Of a stretch of 64,000 nt of DNA, positions 37,878 to 47,302 are shown piece after piece. Under the pieces are notes generated by a model. It ran no database searches, had not been told where the DNA came from, and saw only the letters and a program-made list of their open reading frames with translations. The stretch covers positions 1,504,001 through 1,568,000 of the forward strand of contig CBDESU010000002.1 in assembly GCA_965242695.1 (NCBI GenBank), read 5' to 3'. This stretch comes from Cenarchaeum sp. Its GTDB lineage: Archaea > Thermoproteota > Nitrososphaeria > Nitrososphaerales > Nitrosopumilaceae. Both the position numbers and the translations under genes were made by a program. How positions within the stretch are numbered: position 1 is the stretch's first letter; each line of letters opens with the position of its first letter.

Positions 37878-38044
37878 TCCCCCCAGTCTTCGCCGACCGT
37901 CTCGGCCGGCTTGAGGTCTAGGCCCCCGCCGTCGGCGGCCGCAAGCTCGTAGTCGGCGCCGCAGTCGGGGCAGGATACGATCTCGCCGGCGTCGGCGTCG
38001 TCTGGCACGGCCAGGGACGCGTCGCACTCTGGACAGCTCTTCAT
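37874..38044 (-). CDS. lysW: LysW/ArgW carrier protein, C-terminus EDWGE
   Basis: MKSCPECDASLAVPDDADAGEIVSCPDCGADYEL...VGEDWGE*; ATGA overlap with argG. Confidence 0.94.
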   Translation of the reverse strand: MKSCPECDASLAVPDDADAGEIVSCPDCGADYELAAADGGGLDLKPAETVGEDWGE

Positions 38045-39243
38045 GCTCGGCGGCGCCCGCCTGCGGCCATTTTATTAGCTTTTGTCGTCGGCAGGCCCCA
38101 CAGCTCGACGAACCCCCTGGCCGAGCGCTGGTCAAAGTCCGAGCCCGACCCGTACGTGGCCGTTCCCACGTCGTACAGCGACGCGTCCGCCCTGCGCCCG
38201 ACGACCCTCATGGACCCCTTGTGGAGCCTGAGGCGGACCGTCCCGGACACCGCGCGCTGGCTGCTCTCGATGTACGCGTCGAGGTCGGCCCTGAGCGGAT
38301 CGTCCCACAGCCCCGAGTAGACGAGGTCGGCCCACTCTGCATCGGCGATCGGCTTGAGCCTGTTCTGGCGCCTCGTGTGGACGGCCTTTTCGAGGTCCTG
38401 GTGCGCCTCGATCAGGCACAGCGCGCCGGGCGTCTCGTAGACCTCGCGCGACTTTATGCCGACCGTGCGGTCCTCGATGTGGTCGACGATGCCGACGCCT
38501 GCCGCGCCGGCCCTGCGGTTGGCGTGCGACACGAGGCGGACGGGGTCCATGGAGCGGCCGTCGATCGCGACGGGGGCGCCCCGCTCGAACCTTACGGTCA
38601 TGTACGCGGGCCTGTCGGGCAGGCCCGACACGCGGACCCACTCGAACGCGTCGTCGGGCGGCTCGGCGTACGCGTCCTCGACGTCGCCGCCCTCTATGGC
38701 CCTTCCCCACAGGTTCTGGTCGATGCTGTACTTTTTGGCCACCGCGTCGATCCTGATGCCGTGCCTCTTGGCAAACTCCAGCTCGGTCGGCCTGTCCAGG
38801 TTCATGTCGCGGACGGGCGCGATGATGGGCAGGTCGGAGCCGGCGCGCAGCGACACGTCGAACCTGACCTGGTCGTTTCCCTTGCCCGAGCAGCCGTGGG
38901 CGAGCGCGTCCGCATCCTCCTCGGCGGCCACCTCTAGCATCTTCTTTGCTATGAGGGGGCGGGCAAGGGCCGTGGCCAGGCAGTACTTTTTCTGGTACAG
39001 CGCGTTCGCCTTTATGGCGGGGAAGATGTAGCCGGACGCGAACTCTGCGCGCGCGTCGATGTGGCGGTGGGCGACGGCCCCGAGGCTCTTGGACTTTGCG
39101 GCGATGCGGCGCGCGCTGTCGCCCTGGCCGACGTCGACCGTGACCGTGACGACGTCCATGCCGTGCTCTGCCTGGAGGTACTTTACGACGACCGAGGTGT
39201 CCAGCCCCCCGCTGAACGCCAGCACGGCCCTCTTTTCCACCAC
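38041..39243 (-). CDS. argG: argininosuccinate synthase
   Basis: LAFSGGLDTS, HGCSGKGNDQVRF, SIDQNLWG, GIKSREVYE. Confidence 0.97.
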   Translation of the reverse strand: MVEKRAVLAFSGGLDTSVVVKYLQAEHGMDVVTVTVDVGQGDSARRIAAKSKSLGAVAHRHIDARAEFASGYIFPAIKANALYQKKYCLATALARPLIAKKMLEVAAEEDADALAHGCSGKGNDQVRFDVSLRAGSDLPIIAPVRDMNLDRPTELEFAKRHGIRIDAVAKKYSIDQNLWGRAIEGGDVEDAYAEPPDDAFEWVRVSGLPDRPAYMTVRFERGAPVAIDGRSMDPVRLVSHANRRAGAAGVGIVDHIEDRTVGIKSREVYETPGALCLIEAHQDLEKAVHTRRQNRLKPIADAEWADLVYSGLWDDPLRADLDAYIESSQRAVSGTVRLRLHKGSMRVVGRRADASLYDVGTATYGSGSDFDQRSARGFVELWGLPTTKANKMAAGGRRRA

Positions 39244-39267
39244 GGGCCGCCTCCGCGCCGAGCCGTA

Positions 39268-42200
39268 TTATCTCTTGCCTCGGGGATGGCCGCCGCCGCC
39301 GGCGGTGGCCGCCTGCATCGCGACGGCCCTGGCCCTGCCGGCGCCCTTGGCCGCCGCGTCCTCGGCACGGGGGCGGCCCTGCGCAGCCAGCCGCCGGCCG
39401 GCCGGCGCCTCTGCGGCGGCCAGCCCCGCCTCGGGGGCAAGCTGCGCGATGCATGCATCGATGCTCTCTATGTGGTGGTCGAGCCATGCGAGCACGTTGG
39501 GGTCGTTCTCCCCCCTGTACAGGCGCAGCGCCTGCGCCCTCTTGCCGGCATAGTGCGACAGGATCGACCCCTCGTACGCCCCCATCAGAAATGCCCCCGA
39601 GATGCAGGCCCTTACGTCCCTGTCGCCGCCAAACCGCGCTACAAAGTCCCTGACGGCGGCAAAGTCGGGCGGCAGGCTGCGCGACAGGCTTGCCGGCCTC
39701 TCGTCGGGCCTCTCCTCTGCCCAGCGCATGACGTCTGGCATGGGTAGCACGCGCGCGGCCGCCCCGGCCTTGATCCACGCGTACAGATGGTGCGCTACTT
39801 GCTTGTCGCCGCCGACCTCGGCGGACGCAAGGCGCGATGCGACCGCATCCCACACCTCGCGCGGCCGCAGCCGCGCCGCCTCTGTGAGCACGTCCAAGAG
39901 TGGGTCGCTGCCCGCCGGCGGCGCAGGCAGAACCGGCAGAGCCGGCGCCGGCGGGCGCCGGCAGAGCCTTGCAATCGCCGCCTCGGCCAGACGCGGTGCG
40001 CAGTCTGGATGCTGCCGGACGAACGCGGCGCAGAGGCCCTCCCATTTGGGCACACCGCCGTGATCTTCTACGGCTGATCCCAAGAGGCTCCCGTGCAGCA
40101 GCACGTCTAGGGCCGGCTGAAGCGGGATGCCGCGGGGGGCGCCATCGCCGCCGTCCGGCGGCTCGCTGGCGGGCAGGTAGCATGCGTGGAGCAGGCCCAG
40201 GGCCGCGGCGCCGGCGGCGGGGTCGCCCCTATGCGACTCGAGCAGTGCGCAGACCAGCGCGGAGAGTGCGCCGTCCGACACGCCGTCGGCAAGTATGCGC
40301 CCCGCGCACAGGACGCCGAGAGACTTGGGACTGAGCCGCCCCTTGGACACGCCCCCTGCCAGCCGCCGCACAGCCCTGTCCGACGCGCCCGCCATGCGCG
40401 TGAGCGCGGGCAGGTGCCTGCACAGCGCGCCGTCCAAGAGTATCCCATCGAGCATCTCCTCCGCCGCCTCGCCGTCGCCGCCGTCCCGCATGCCGCGCAG
40501 GTATCCTCCCAGGAACGACGGCGATGATGCGGCGGCCGCGCGCATGGCGCCGATGGCGGCGGCGGGGATCCGCCGCTGCTCGTCCCTTGTGGCGACTTCG
40601 AGCCCGAACTCGAATGCGCCCTCGGCCGCCCCTTCGCCGTCGCCGTCTTCCGCGACCAGCCAGTCCATGTCGGGCCCCCGCAGCCCGTCGTGCACGGCCG
40701 CATCCGCCAGCCGCTGCAGGTTCTGCCTGGTGCGGTCGGCATGCGCCCTGTACGCATCGCCCCATCCGATCCTCGCGCGCTTCCCGACGCCGCGCCTCAG
40801 CTCGGCGGAAAACCCGCTCCCCTCCACCGAGCCTCGAAGCGCGGCAAGGCGCGCCGCAATGCCGGCATCGATGCGCCCGGACTCGATGTCGAGCAGGACT
40901 CCGATCTGCTCGAGCAGGCGCCGAATGTCGGGCACCCTGCCGGCCGCGTACACCTTCTCGACGATCTCGACGGCCTGCGGCGCGAGCTCGGGCACGAGCG
41001 CGGCCTGCCACAGCGTCTCCACGGCCTGGCCCGCCGCCTCGCACCGCACCTCGTGGTCGGGGTCGCCCAGCGCGGCGCCGCCGATCATTTCTAGAACTCC
41101 GAGATAGTATGCGACGGCCCCCCGGCGGTCGCTGGGGGTCCACGGGTCGGGAATCGGCCGGCCCCCTTCGTAGTTGGGCATCGCAATCGAGTGCTTGCGC
41201 ATCCCTATGACCGCGCCGCAGGCGCGCACTGCCACGCGCCTTTCCTCGGCCGACTCGGAGCGCATTGCGCTCCCGATGACGTCGAGCCTGGCCGGCAGCG
41301 GCGTGGCAGTGGGCGCCGCGGGGCCGGATGCGGCCGGATCGAGGGCGTTGCAGTAGGAGTCGAGCGCGGGGTTGCGGTAGTACCCACTTGCGGAGCCCCT
41401 TGCGCCCTCGCGCGCCGCTGCTAGCCTCAGGAGGAGTCGCATTGCCCCTGCAAACGCGCCCGCGTGCCACAGCATCATCCTCAACGCATGCGCGACGTTC
41501 TCGGTACGGCAGCCAAGGCCGGCGGAAGGATCCTCCCCCTTTGCGCGCCCGAACGCCCTTTCTGCGTATGCTAGCGCAGAGGGGGGATCGATCGAGCTAA
41601 ACGTTAAAAAAAAATCCGCGCCGAGCCTGCTCTTGAGCACCCTGTCGGACTCGAGGAATCCGCCCGGCGCTAGCATGTCCCGTATGATCTGCGCCGTCTC
41701 GGGCGCGTCCTTTGCATACTTGAACATGTCTATGTACGACTGAAAAAGGCGCCGCGATCCCACCTCGACAAGCCGGTCGGGACCTGGAGCCATGCCGGCG
41801 GTGTACGTCTTCCACCAGCCTGCCCACATGTGCAGGTGGAGGAGCTTTGGTGTAATGTAGATCTCGGACTCGCCCTGCAGCACCTTCATGGCGCGCAGCC
41901 TTTCGACCGTGTCCATGAACTGCCCCCTGCTGATGTTGTGGTTCTCCTTAGCCAGCGATGCGACGCACTCGAGCTCGCGCATGTATATGCCCTCTCGCCT
42001 GAGCGTCTTGAAGAGGCTTATCCACCTCAGGACGATCTTGTGCACCTCTGCATCGGCCGATCCCTGCTCGTACCGCCCCGCAATGTGCCTTTCCCACACG
42101 GGCACGCTGACGGGCTGGCTGGAAGCATCGCCCGGATTTTTCCTCAGGTTTTCGCCCACTATGTGCGCCACCCGCGGCGACGGCCTAGAGTAGCCGATCC

Positions 42201-43266
42201 ACATGGCCAGGTCTTTTTTCTTTCCCTCCTCGCCCCCTTCTGAGTATTCTGATATGATCTGCCCTATCTGCACATCGTCGAGATCCGGCACCGACATGTG
42301 GTATCTGTTGATCCCATCCTGGCCGGGCTCGCCGGATATGGCGACCAGCCTCATCCCCCTGCAGGCTTTCACCTCGTGCCATATGGTATCCCGCTCGGAG
42401 TACGTAAAGTCGTCGACTACGATGACAAGATCGGAAAAATCTGATTCGCTCACGGCAACACGATTGAGCAAGGGCCGCAGCGATCCGGGTTGGTTCGTAT
42501 AGACGATCCTCTTGCTGTATGCATCGCCTCGCGTCGCCTCTAGGACCAGCCTTGTCTTGCCGGCGCCTGGTGCGCCGGTGACCAGCACGAGGGCGGCCTC
42601 CCCGTCGTCCGACCGTAGGAGGCCCCGAAGATCGTCAATGAAGCGTCGTTGCTCTGGACCGAGATGCGCGGTCTGCCTCATGTCTGGGTGCGATGCCCAC
42701 ATTGCATGCGTGCACAGCCCCGCGGAGGGCACCGAGACTAGGAGAGACAAGCGTGGATGGCGATCCAACAGGCTCCTGATCTTTCCTAGATTCCATACCC
42801 TTACCGGCAGGCCTGCATACTCTGGGCTCCTGTCGGACAGCGCCCTTGCAAACCGCCCCTCCAGACCATCGGCGTCCGCACCAGACCCTCTCCACCCTGT
42901 GAGGATGACGACTAGGGTGCCGCCGCTGTCAAGGCACTTGCGCATGCCGTCCTTTAGCCGTCCGTCCTTCTTGAACATAGTGCGTGCGATGTCGCGCGAG
43001 TGGACAAAGGCGCCGGACTTGACCTGGTATGCCGTATGTCCCTTCTTGATCAGGCCCGTGTCGCTCTCCTTGGGGGCATCCCTTACCACAAAGTCGATGT
43101 CCCCGTCGGGGGAGGGTGCGTTGCCGGAGGTGTATATCTGATCTATGCGGATGCCAGCGCTGGCGGCTTCGGCCGCGATCATCCTCCTGGCAAGATCCTC
43201 TGCGTCCACGGGGCCGAGGAGGGCTAGCATGTCGTCCGAGACCAAGAGCGAAAGCGGATTGTTCAC
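39268..43266 (-). CDS. NLR/Avs-like STAND NTPase with N-terminal Mrr-like nuclease domain
   Basis: PDGDIDF...YQVKSG; Walker A GAPGAGKTRL; Walker B IVVDD; YITPKLL; long helical C-terminus; TTTAAG box about 25 nt upstream. Confidence 0.75.
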   Translation of the reverse strand: MNNPLSLLVSDDMLALLGPVDAEDLARRMIAAEAASAGIRIDQIYTSGNAPSPDGDIDFVVRDAPKESDTGLIKKGHTAYQVKSGAFVHSRDIARTMFKKDGRLKDGMRKCLDSGGTLVVILTGWRGSGADADGLEGRFARALSDRSPEYAGLPVRVWNLGKIRSLLDRHPRLSLLVSVPSAGLCTHAMWASHPDMRQTAHLGPEQRRFIDDLRGLLRSDDGEAALVLVTGAPGAGKTRLVLEATRGDAYSKRIVYTNQPGSLRPLLNRVAVSESDFSDLVIVVDDFTYSERDTIWHEVKACRGMRLVAISGEPGQDGINRYHMSVPDLDDVQIGQIISEYSEGGEEGKKKDLAMWIGYSRPSPRVAHIVGENLRKNPGDASSQPVSVPVWERHIAGRYEQGSADAEVHKIVLRWISLFKTLRREGIYMRELECVASLAKENHNISRGQFMDTVERLRAMKVLQGESEIYITPKLLHLHMWAGWWKTYTAGMAPGPDRLVEVGSRRLFQSYIDMFKYAKDAPETAQIIRDMLAPGGFLESDRVLKSRLGADFFLTFSSIDPPSALAYAERAFGRAKGEDPSAGLGCRTENVAHALRMMLWHAGAFAGAMRLLLRLAAAREGARGSASGYYRNPALDSYCNALDPAASGPAAPTATPLPARLDVIGSAMRSESAEERRVAVRACGAVIGMRKHSIAMPNYEGGRPIPDPWTPSDRRGAVAYYLGVLEMIGGAALGDPDHEVRCEAAGQAVETLWQAALVPELAPQAVEIVEKVYAAGRVPDIRRLLEQIGVLLDIESGRIDAGIAARLAALRGSVEGSGFSAELRRGVGKRARIGWGDAYRAHADRTRQNLQRLADAAVHDGLRGPDMDWLVAEDGDGEGAAEGAFEFGLEVATRDEQRRIPAAAIGAMRAAAASSPSFLGGYLRGMRDGGDGEAAEEMLDGILLDGALCRHLPALTRMAGASDRAVRRLAGGVSKGRLSPKSLGVLCAGRILADGVSDGALSALVCALLESHRGDPAAGAAALGLLHACYLPASEPPDGGDGAPRGIPLQPALDVLLHGSLLGSAVEDHGGVPKWEGLCAAFVRQHPDCAPRLAEAAIARLCRRPPAPALPVLPAPPAGSDPLLDVLTEAARLRPREVWDAVASRLASAEVGGDKQVAHHLYAWIKAGAAARVLPMPDVMRWAEERPDERPASLSRSLPPDFAAVRDFVARFGGDRDVRACISGAFLMGAYEGSILSHYAGKRAQALRLYRGENDPNVLAWLDHHIESIDACIAQLAPEAGLAAAEAPAGRRLAAQGRPRAEDAAAKGAGRARAVAMQAATAGGGGHPRGKR

Positions 43267-43339
43267 GCACGGACGCGATTATGGCCCCCGCTTAAACCGT
43301 GCTATCGGCGCATCTGCCGCCCGATGCGCACTGTGTCGC

Positions 43340-44270
43340 CCCCGCTGTCCTCGCCTCTTCTACACCGGCCTCCCGACGTCCTTGAGCCCCCTCAACCCCT
43401 CGCAACAGACGGCAGGCGCCTGGCCATGAGGCGCCCGCCTAGGGCGAATCCCACCTCTTCGTACTAGCGCGCCGCATCGGAGAAAAGCCCGTTGCGCCGG
43501 GCCGTCTTGCGGTCACTTGCGCTGGCGCGAGATCGGCCTTGCCATGCTTGCCCCCTGTGGCCGAGCCTGACAAGAATGTCTGCCACCTCTTCGTAGGTGA
43601 CGTCTTTGCCGATTATCTGCACCGGGTACAGGTATGCGTCCCCTGTGTTGCGCAACCTGTTGAGCCTCTCGAGGTACTTGCCGTAGTTGGGGTTGGACAG
43701 CCCTGTGCTTTTTTCAGCGATGACTGAGGCGACACCCTCCTTGAACAGCTTCGTGACGGGTATCCACTCCTTGCCCCCCCCCCCTCCGCGCCCCTGCTTT
43801 TCAGCCGAAAGATCGGGTGATCCGCCCGGCCCGGCCGCTGTTTGCATTCCTCGTCTCCAATTCTGCGCCCTTCTTTCATGTCTTCGGTGGTTGGGTTCTC
43901 GGGGTGGCCCATGTTGAAGTGTATCTCGACTGGCCTTGCCGCAGCCTGGCCGCCGCTTACCCTGACGGGCATGCTCGCCAACACGGCCGCAAGCGATGCG
44001 AGCCGCTGGTGCCCGTCAAGCAGGAGGTACGACGGCCCGGATGCGGGGCGTCCCGGCCCCTTTGAGGCCGCCGCTCCGCGCACCCTGGGCGGCCCGTCTG
44101 TCTCCCACAACAGTATGGATCCCGACAGGTATCCTTTGTATATCGAGTCGATCAGTTCGCAGACCTGCTCCTTGCCCCACGCGTATTTTCTTTGCGTTTC
44201 GAGCAGCTGTATGTCGTTGTCGATGAACTCCCCTGACGAGCCTGTTGATCGACCAGTACAGGTCGTCCAT
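43340..44270 (-). pseudogene. DUF262 (GmrS-like) pseudogene
   Basis: Fragments in different frames: IQLLETQRKYAW..LIDSIYKGY..LLWET, LLLDGHQRLASL, YEEVADILVRL, KADLAPAQVTAR. At least three frameshifts and a stop. Confidence 0.8.
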
Positions 44271-44566
44271 GGCCGGCGGGGGGCGGATCCGTACTTGACT
44301 CCTCTGCCGCTTCCTGGCTGGCCTACCGGCGCAGCGTGGTTGGCCAAACGGCCGCGGTGCATGGACCCCGTGAGCGGCACGCCGGGCCGCTTGCGTGGCG
44401 GGCGAGTGGGCGGGCGGGCGCAGGGGCCCCTGCGCCGCTTGGGCGCACTCGGCGCCGGGAAGGCGGCCCTGAAGGGCGCGCCGGCCGCGGCGCCCGCGCT
44501 GTCCCTAGCTACAGCTAAAAACCGATCCTTATTTAACGGCCCCCCCAACGGGCGCCCGTGGTTTCG

Positions 44567-45610
44567 ATGCGGGCTGCCGGCATTGCGGCTGCGGCGGCTG
44601 TGGCCGCCGTTGCAGTGGCCGTTGCTACTGTGGGCAGCGGGCAGGCGGGGGATGCCGGCGTCCGCGTCGCGTTCTTCCCGAACGTCGGGCACGCCATACC
44701 GGTGGTGGGCACAGAGCTCGGCATGTTCGGCGAAGATGTCGAGGCGCGCGTGTTCTACAGCGGCCCTCAGGCAGTCGAGTCGCTCTTTGCCGGATCGATG
44801 GACATGGCATACGTCGGGCCGGGGCCGGCGGTCAGCGCGTACCTGCGCTCCGAGTCCGACCGGATTGTCGTGCTCTCGGGGGCGGCCAGCGGTGGGTCTA
44901 GCCTTGTCGCTCAGCCGGGGTCGGCCCCGTCCCGGGCCGCCGCCGCTTCGAACGCCGCGGCCGGCGGCGGCGCGGCCCATGCCCCTGTCGCGCTCGCACT
45001 CGACGGCCTGACGGTGGCCGCCCCGCAGGTGGCCAACACGCAGGACGTCTCGCTGCGGACGTTCGTCAGGCAGGCCGGCCTCGAGACGGCCGAGCGGGGC
45101 GGCTCGGTGCGCGTCCTCAACGTGGCCAACCCGGAGGCGTACGCCCTGTTCGCGCGAGGCGAGATCGACGCGGCGTGGGTGCCAGAGCCCTGGGCCACAA
45201 TGCTCGTCGCCGAGCAGGGCGGCGAGCGGCTGTTCCGCGAGGAGGCGCTCTGGCCGGACGGCCGCTTTGCGTCCGTCCTGCTCGTGGCGCGCTCCGGGTT
45301 CGCCGAGGCCAACCCAGAGGCGGTCGCCGGATGGCTTGCCGCGCACGACGCGGCTGCCGGGTGGATACGCGACAACCCCGACGAGGCGCGCGCCGCGTTC
45401 GCGCGGTTCCTCGACAGGGAGGTCGGCGCCTCGTTCCCGGACGTTGTGATGGCCGAGGCGTTCTCGAACATCGAGATTACGGCCGACCCCGTCGAGCACT
45501 CCGTCGCCGAGTTCGCATCCAGGGCGGCGCAGCTGGGATACCTTGGCAGGGGTGCGGCCGGGCTGGGAGGCGGCGAGCTCGTGGGCGGGATGTTCCATGG
45601 CTCGGCGTAG
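44567..45610 (+). CDS. ABC transporter substrate-binding protein (sulfonate/nitrate/taurine type)
   Basis: VAFFPNVGHA, AYVGPGP, ANTQDVSLR, AWVPEPWA; signal anchor. Confidence 0.9.
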   Translation: MRAAGIAAAAAVAAVAVAVATVGSGQAGDAGVRVAFFPNVGHAIPVVGTELGMFGEDVEARVFYSGPQAVESLFAGSMDMAYVGPGPAVSAYLRSESDRIVVLSGAASGGSSLVAQPGSAPSRAAAASNAAAGGGAAHAPVALALDGLTVAAPQVANTQDVSLRTFVRQAGLETAERGGSVRVLNVANPEAYALFARGEIDAAWVPEPWATMLVAEQGGERLFREEALWPDGRFASVLLVARSGFAEANPEAVAGWLAAHDAAAGWIRDNPDEARAAFARFLDREVGASFPDVVMAEAFSNIEITADPVEHSVAEFASRAAQLGYLGRGAAGLGGGELVGGMFHGSA

Positions 45611-45673
45611 GGGCCGCCCGCGCCGGCGGGGGGAGCCGGGGGCGGCGGAGCGGGAGAGGGGGGCGGTGCGCTA

Positions 45674-46498
45674 ATGGCATCGCTCGAGGCGCGCCGGATT
45701 GTAAAGCACTTTCCGCTCGGCGGCTACCGGCTCAAGGCGCTTGCCGGGATCGACCTGAGGGTCGACGACGGGGAGTTCATCTGCATCGTGGGGCCCTCGG
45801 GCTGCGGCAAGTCGACGCTCCTCCGGATCATCGCGGGCCTGGAAGAGCCCGACTCGGGCGAGATACTCCTCAACGGCAAGCCCGTGTCGGGGACGGGGCC
45901 CGAGCGGATAATGGTGTTCCAGGAGGGCGCGCTGTTTCCCTGGCTGAGCGTCTCGGACAACGTCGAGTTCGGCCTCAAGATGGCCGGCATACCGAAGGAC
46001 GAGAGGTCGGCGATATCGGGGCGGTACCTAGACATGATGCAGCTGTCCGACTTTGCCGACTCGTACACGTACCAGCTGTCGACGGGCATGAAGCAGAGGG
46101 TGGCCATTGCGCGCGCCCTCGTCATGGATCCCGACGTGCTCCTCATGGACGAGCCGTTCGCCGCGCTCGACGCACAGACGCGCGACCTGCTGCTCGCCGA
46201 GATGCAGGTGATATGGCAGCGAACCAAGAAGACCATACTGTTCGTCACGCACAACGTCGCCGAGGCGGCCGTCCTGGCGTCTAGGGTCGTCGTCTTCTCC
46301 AACCGCCCGTCGACGGTGAGGGCCGCGCTGCCCGTCGACCTGCCGCGGCCGCGCGCCGCCGAGGACGAGGGGGCCGCCGCCGTGCAGCGCGCAATCCTCG
46401 CCGAGCTGCGCCCCAAGGCGCGCGGGCGGCCGGGCGGCGGCGGAGGGGGCGGCGAGGCGGCGGCCAGTAGCGGCGGCGGAGGGGGCGGGACGCCGTGA
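45674..46498 (+). CDS. ABC transporter ATP-binding protein (TauB/SsuB type)
   Basis: GPSGCGKST, LSTGMKQR, LLMDEPFAALDAQTR, VTH. Confidence 0.94.
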   Translation: MASLEARRIVKHFPLGGYRLKALAGIDLRVDDGEFICIVGPSGCGKSTLLRIIAGLEEPDSGEILLNGKPVSGTGPERIMVFQEGALFPWLSVSDNVEFGLKMAGIPKDERSAISGRYLDMMQLSDFADSYTYQLSTGMKQRVAIARALVMDPDVLLMDEPFAALDAQTRDLLLAEMQVIWQRTKKTILFVTHNVAEAAVLASRVVVFSNRPSTVRAALPVDLPRPRAAEDEGAAAVQRAILAELRPKARGRPGGGGGGGEAAASSGGGGGGTP

Positions 46499-47256
46499 GG
46501 CTAGGCAGGTCGCGCGCCGCGCGCATCATATTCTATGTCGGGATAGTTGCCGCATGGCAGGCGGTGGCCGACGCCAACGTCTGGCCCGGCGAGATATTTC
46601 CGTCGCCGTACGAGGTGGCCGGGGACCTCGCATACGGCGCGGCCGACGGGAGCCTGTTCTACGGGATCGGAACGTCGATGTGGCGCCTACTCGCCGGCCT
46701 GTCGATCGCCATTGCCGGCGGCATTGTCCTGGGCGTGCTCATGGCCCGGGTGAGGATCGTCAACGACACGATCGGCTCGCTCGTGCTCGGGCTCCAGTCG
46801 ATACCGTCGGTCGCGTGGGTGCCGCTCGGCCTGATATGGTACGGCCCGTTCGATGCGGGGATAATCTTCGTGACCGCGATAGGGGCCGTGTTCGCGGTGA
46901 CCATAAACACCTACACGGGGGTCAAGAACATCGATCCCCACTACGTCGAGGCTGCGCGCAACATGGGAGCGCGCGGCGGGCAGCTCGTGACTAGCGTGCT
47001 CCTGCCGGCGGCGTTTCCGTACATGATCGCGGGGTTCAAGCAGGGGTGGGCGTTCGCGTGGCGCGGCGTCATCGGCGCCGAGCTGCTCTTCTCGTACCTG
47101 GGCCTCGGGTCGCTCCTCAACGTCGGCAGGTTCACCAACGACGTCTCGCAGGTGATCGCGGTCATGCTGGTGATAATGGCGATAGGGATGGTCGTCGACG
47201 GCGTCGTGTTCCGGCGGCTCGAGGACAGGGTGATGTCGAGGTGGGGGCTGCGGTGA
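46495..47256 (+). CDS. ABC transporter permease (TauC/SsuC type)
   Basis: LQSIPSVAWVPL, EAARNMGA, AWRGVIGAEL. Confidence 0.93.
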   Translation: MRLGRSRAARIIFYVGIVAAWQAVADANVWPGEIFPSPYEVAGDLAYGAADGSLFYGIGTSMWRLLAGLSIAIAGGIVLGVLMARVRIVNDTIGSLVLGLQSIPSVAWVPLGLIWYGPFDAGIIFVTAIGAVFAVTINTYTGVKNIDPHYVEAARNMGARGGQLVTSVLLPAAFPYMIAGFKQGWAFAWRGVIGAELLFSYLGLGSLLNVGRFTNDVSQVIAVMLVIMAIGMVVDGVVFRRLEDRVMSRWGLR

Positions 47257-47302
47257 GCGGCCCTGGCTGCGCGGCGCGCGGCCGGCGCGGGGCCGCGGCG
47301 GG

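Noticed and set aside
43464-43466. Amber readthrough (pyrrolysine) in the DUF262 region
   Set aside because: Surrounded by frameshifts and eroded motifs; ordinary pseudogene decay explains it.
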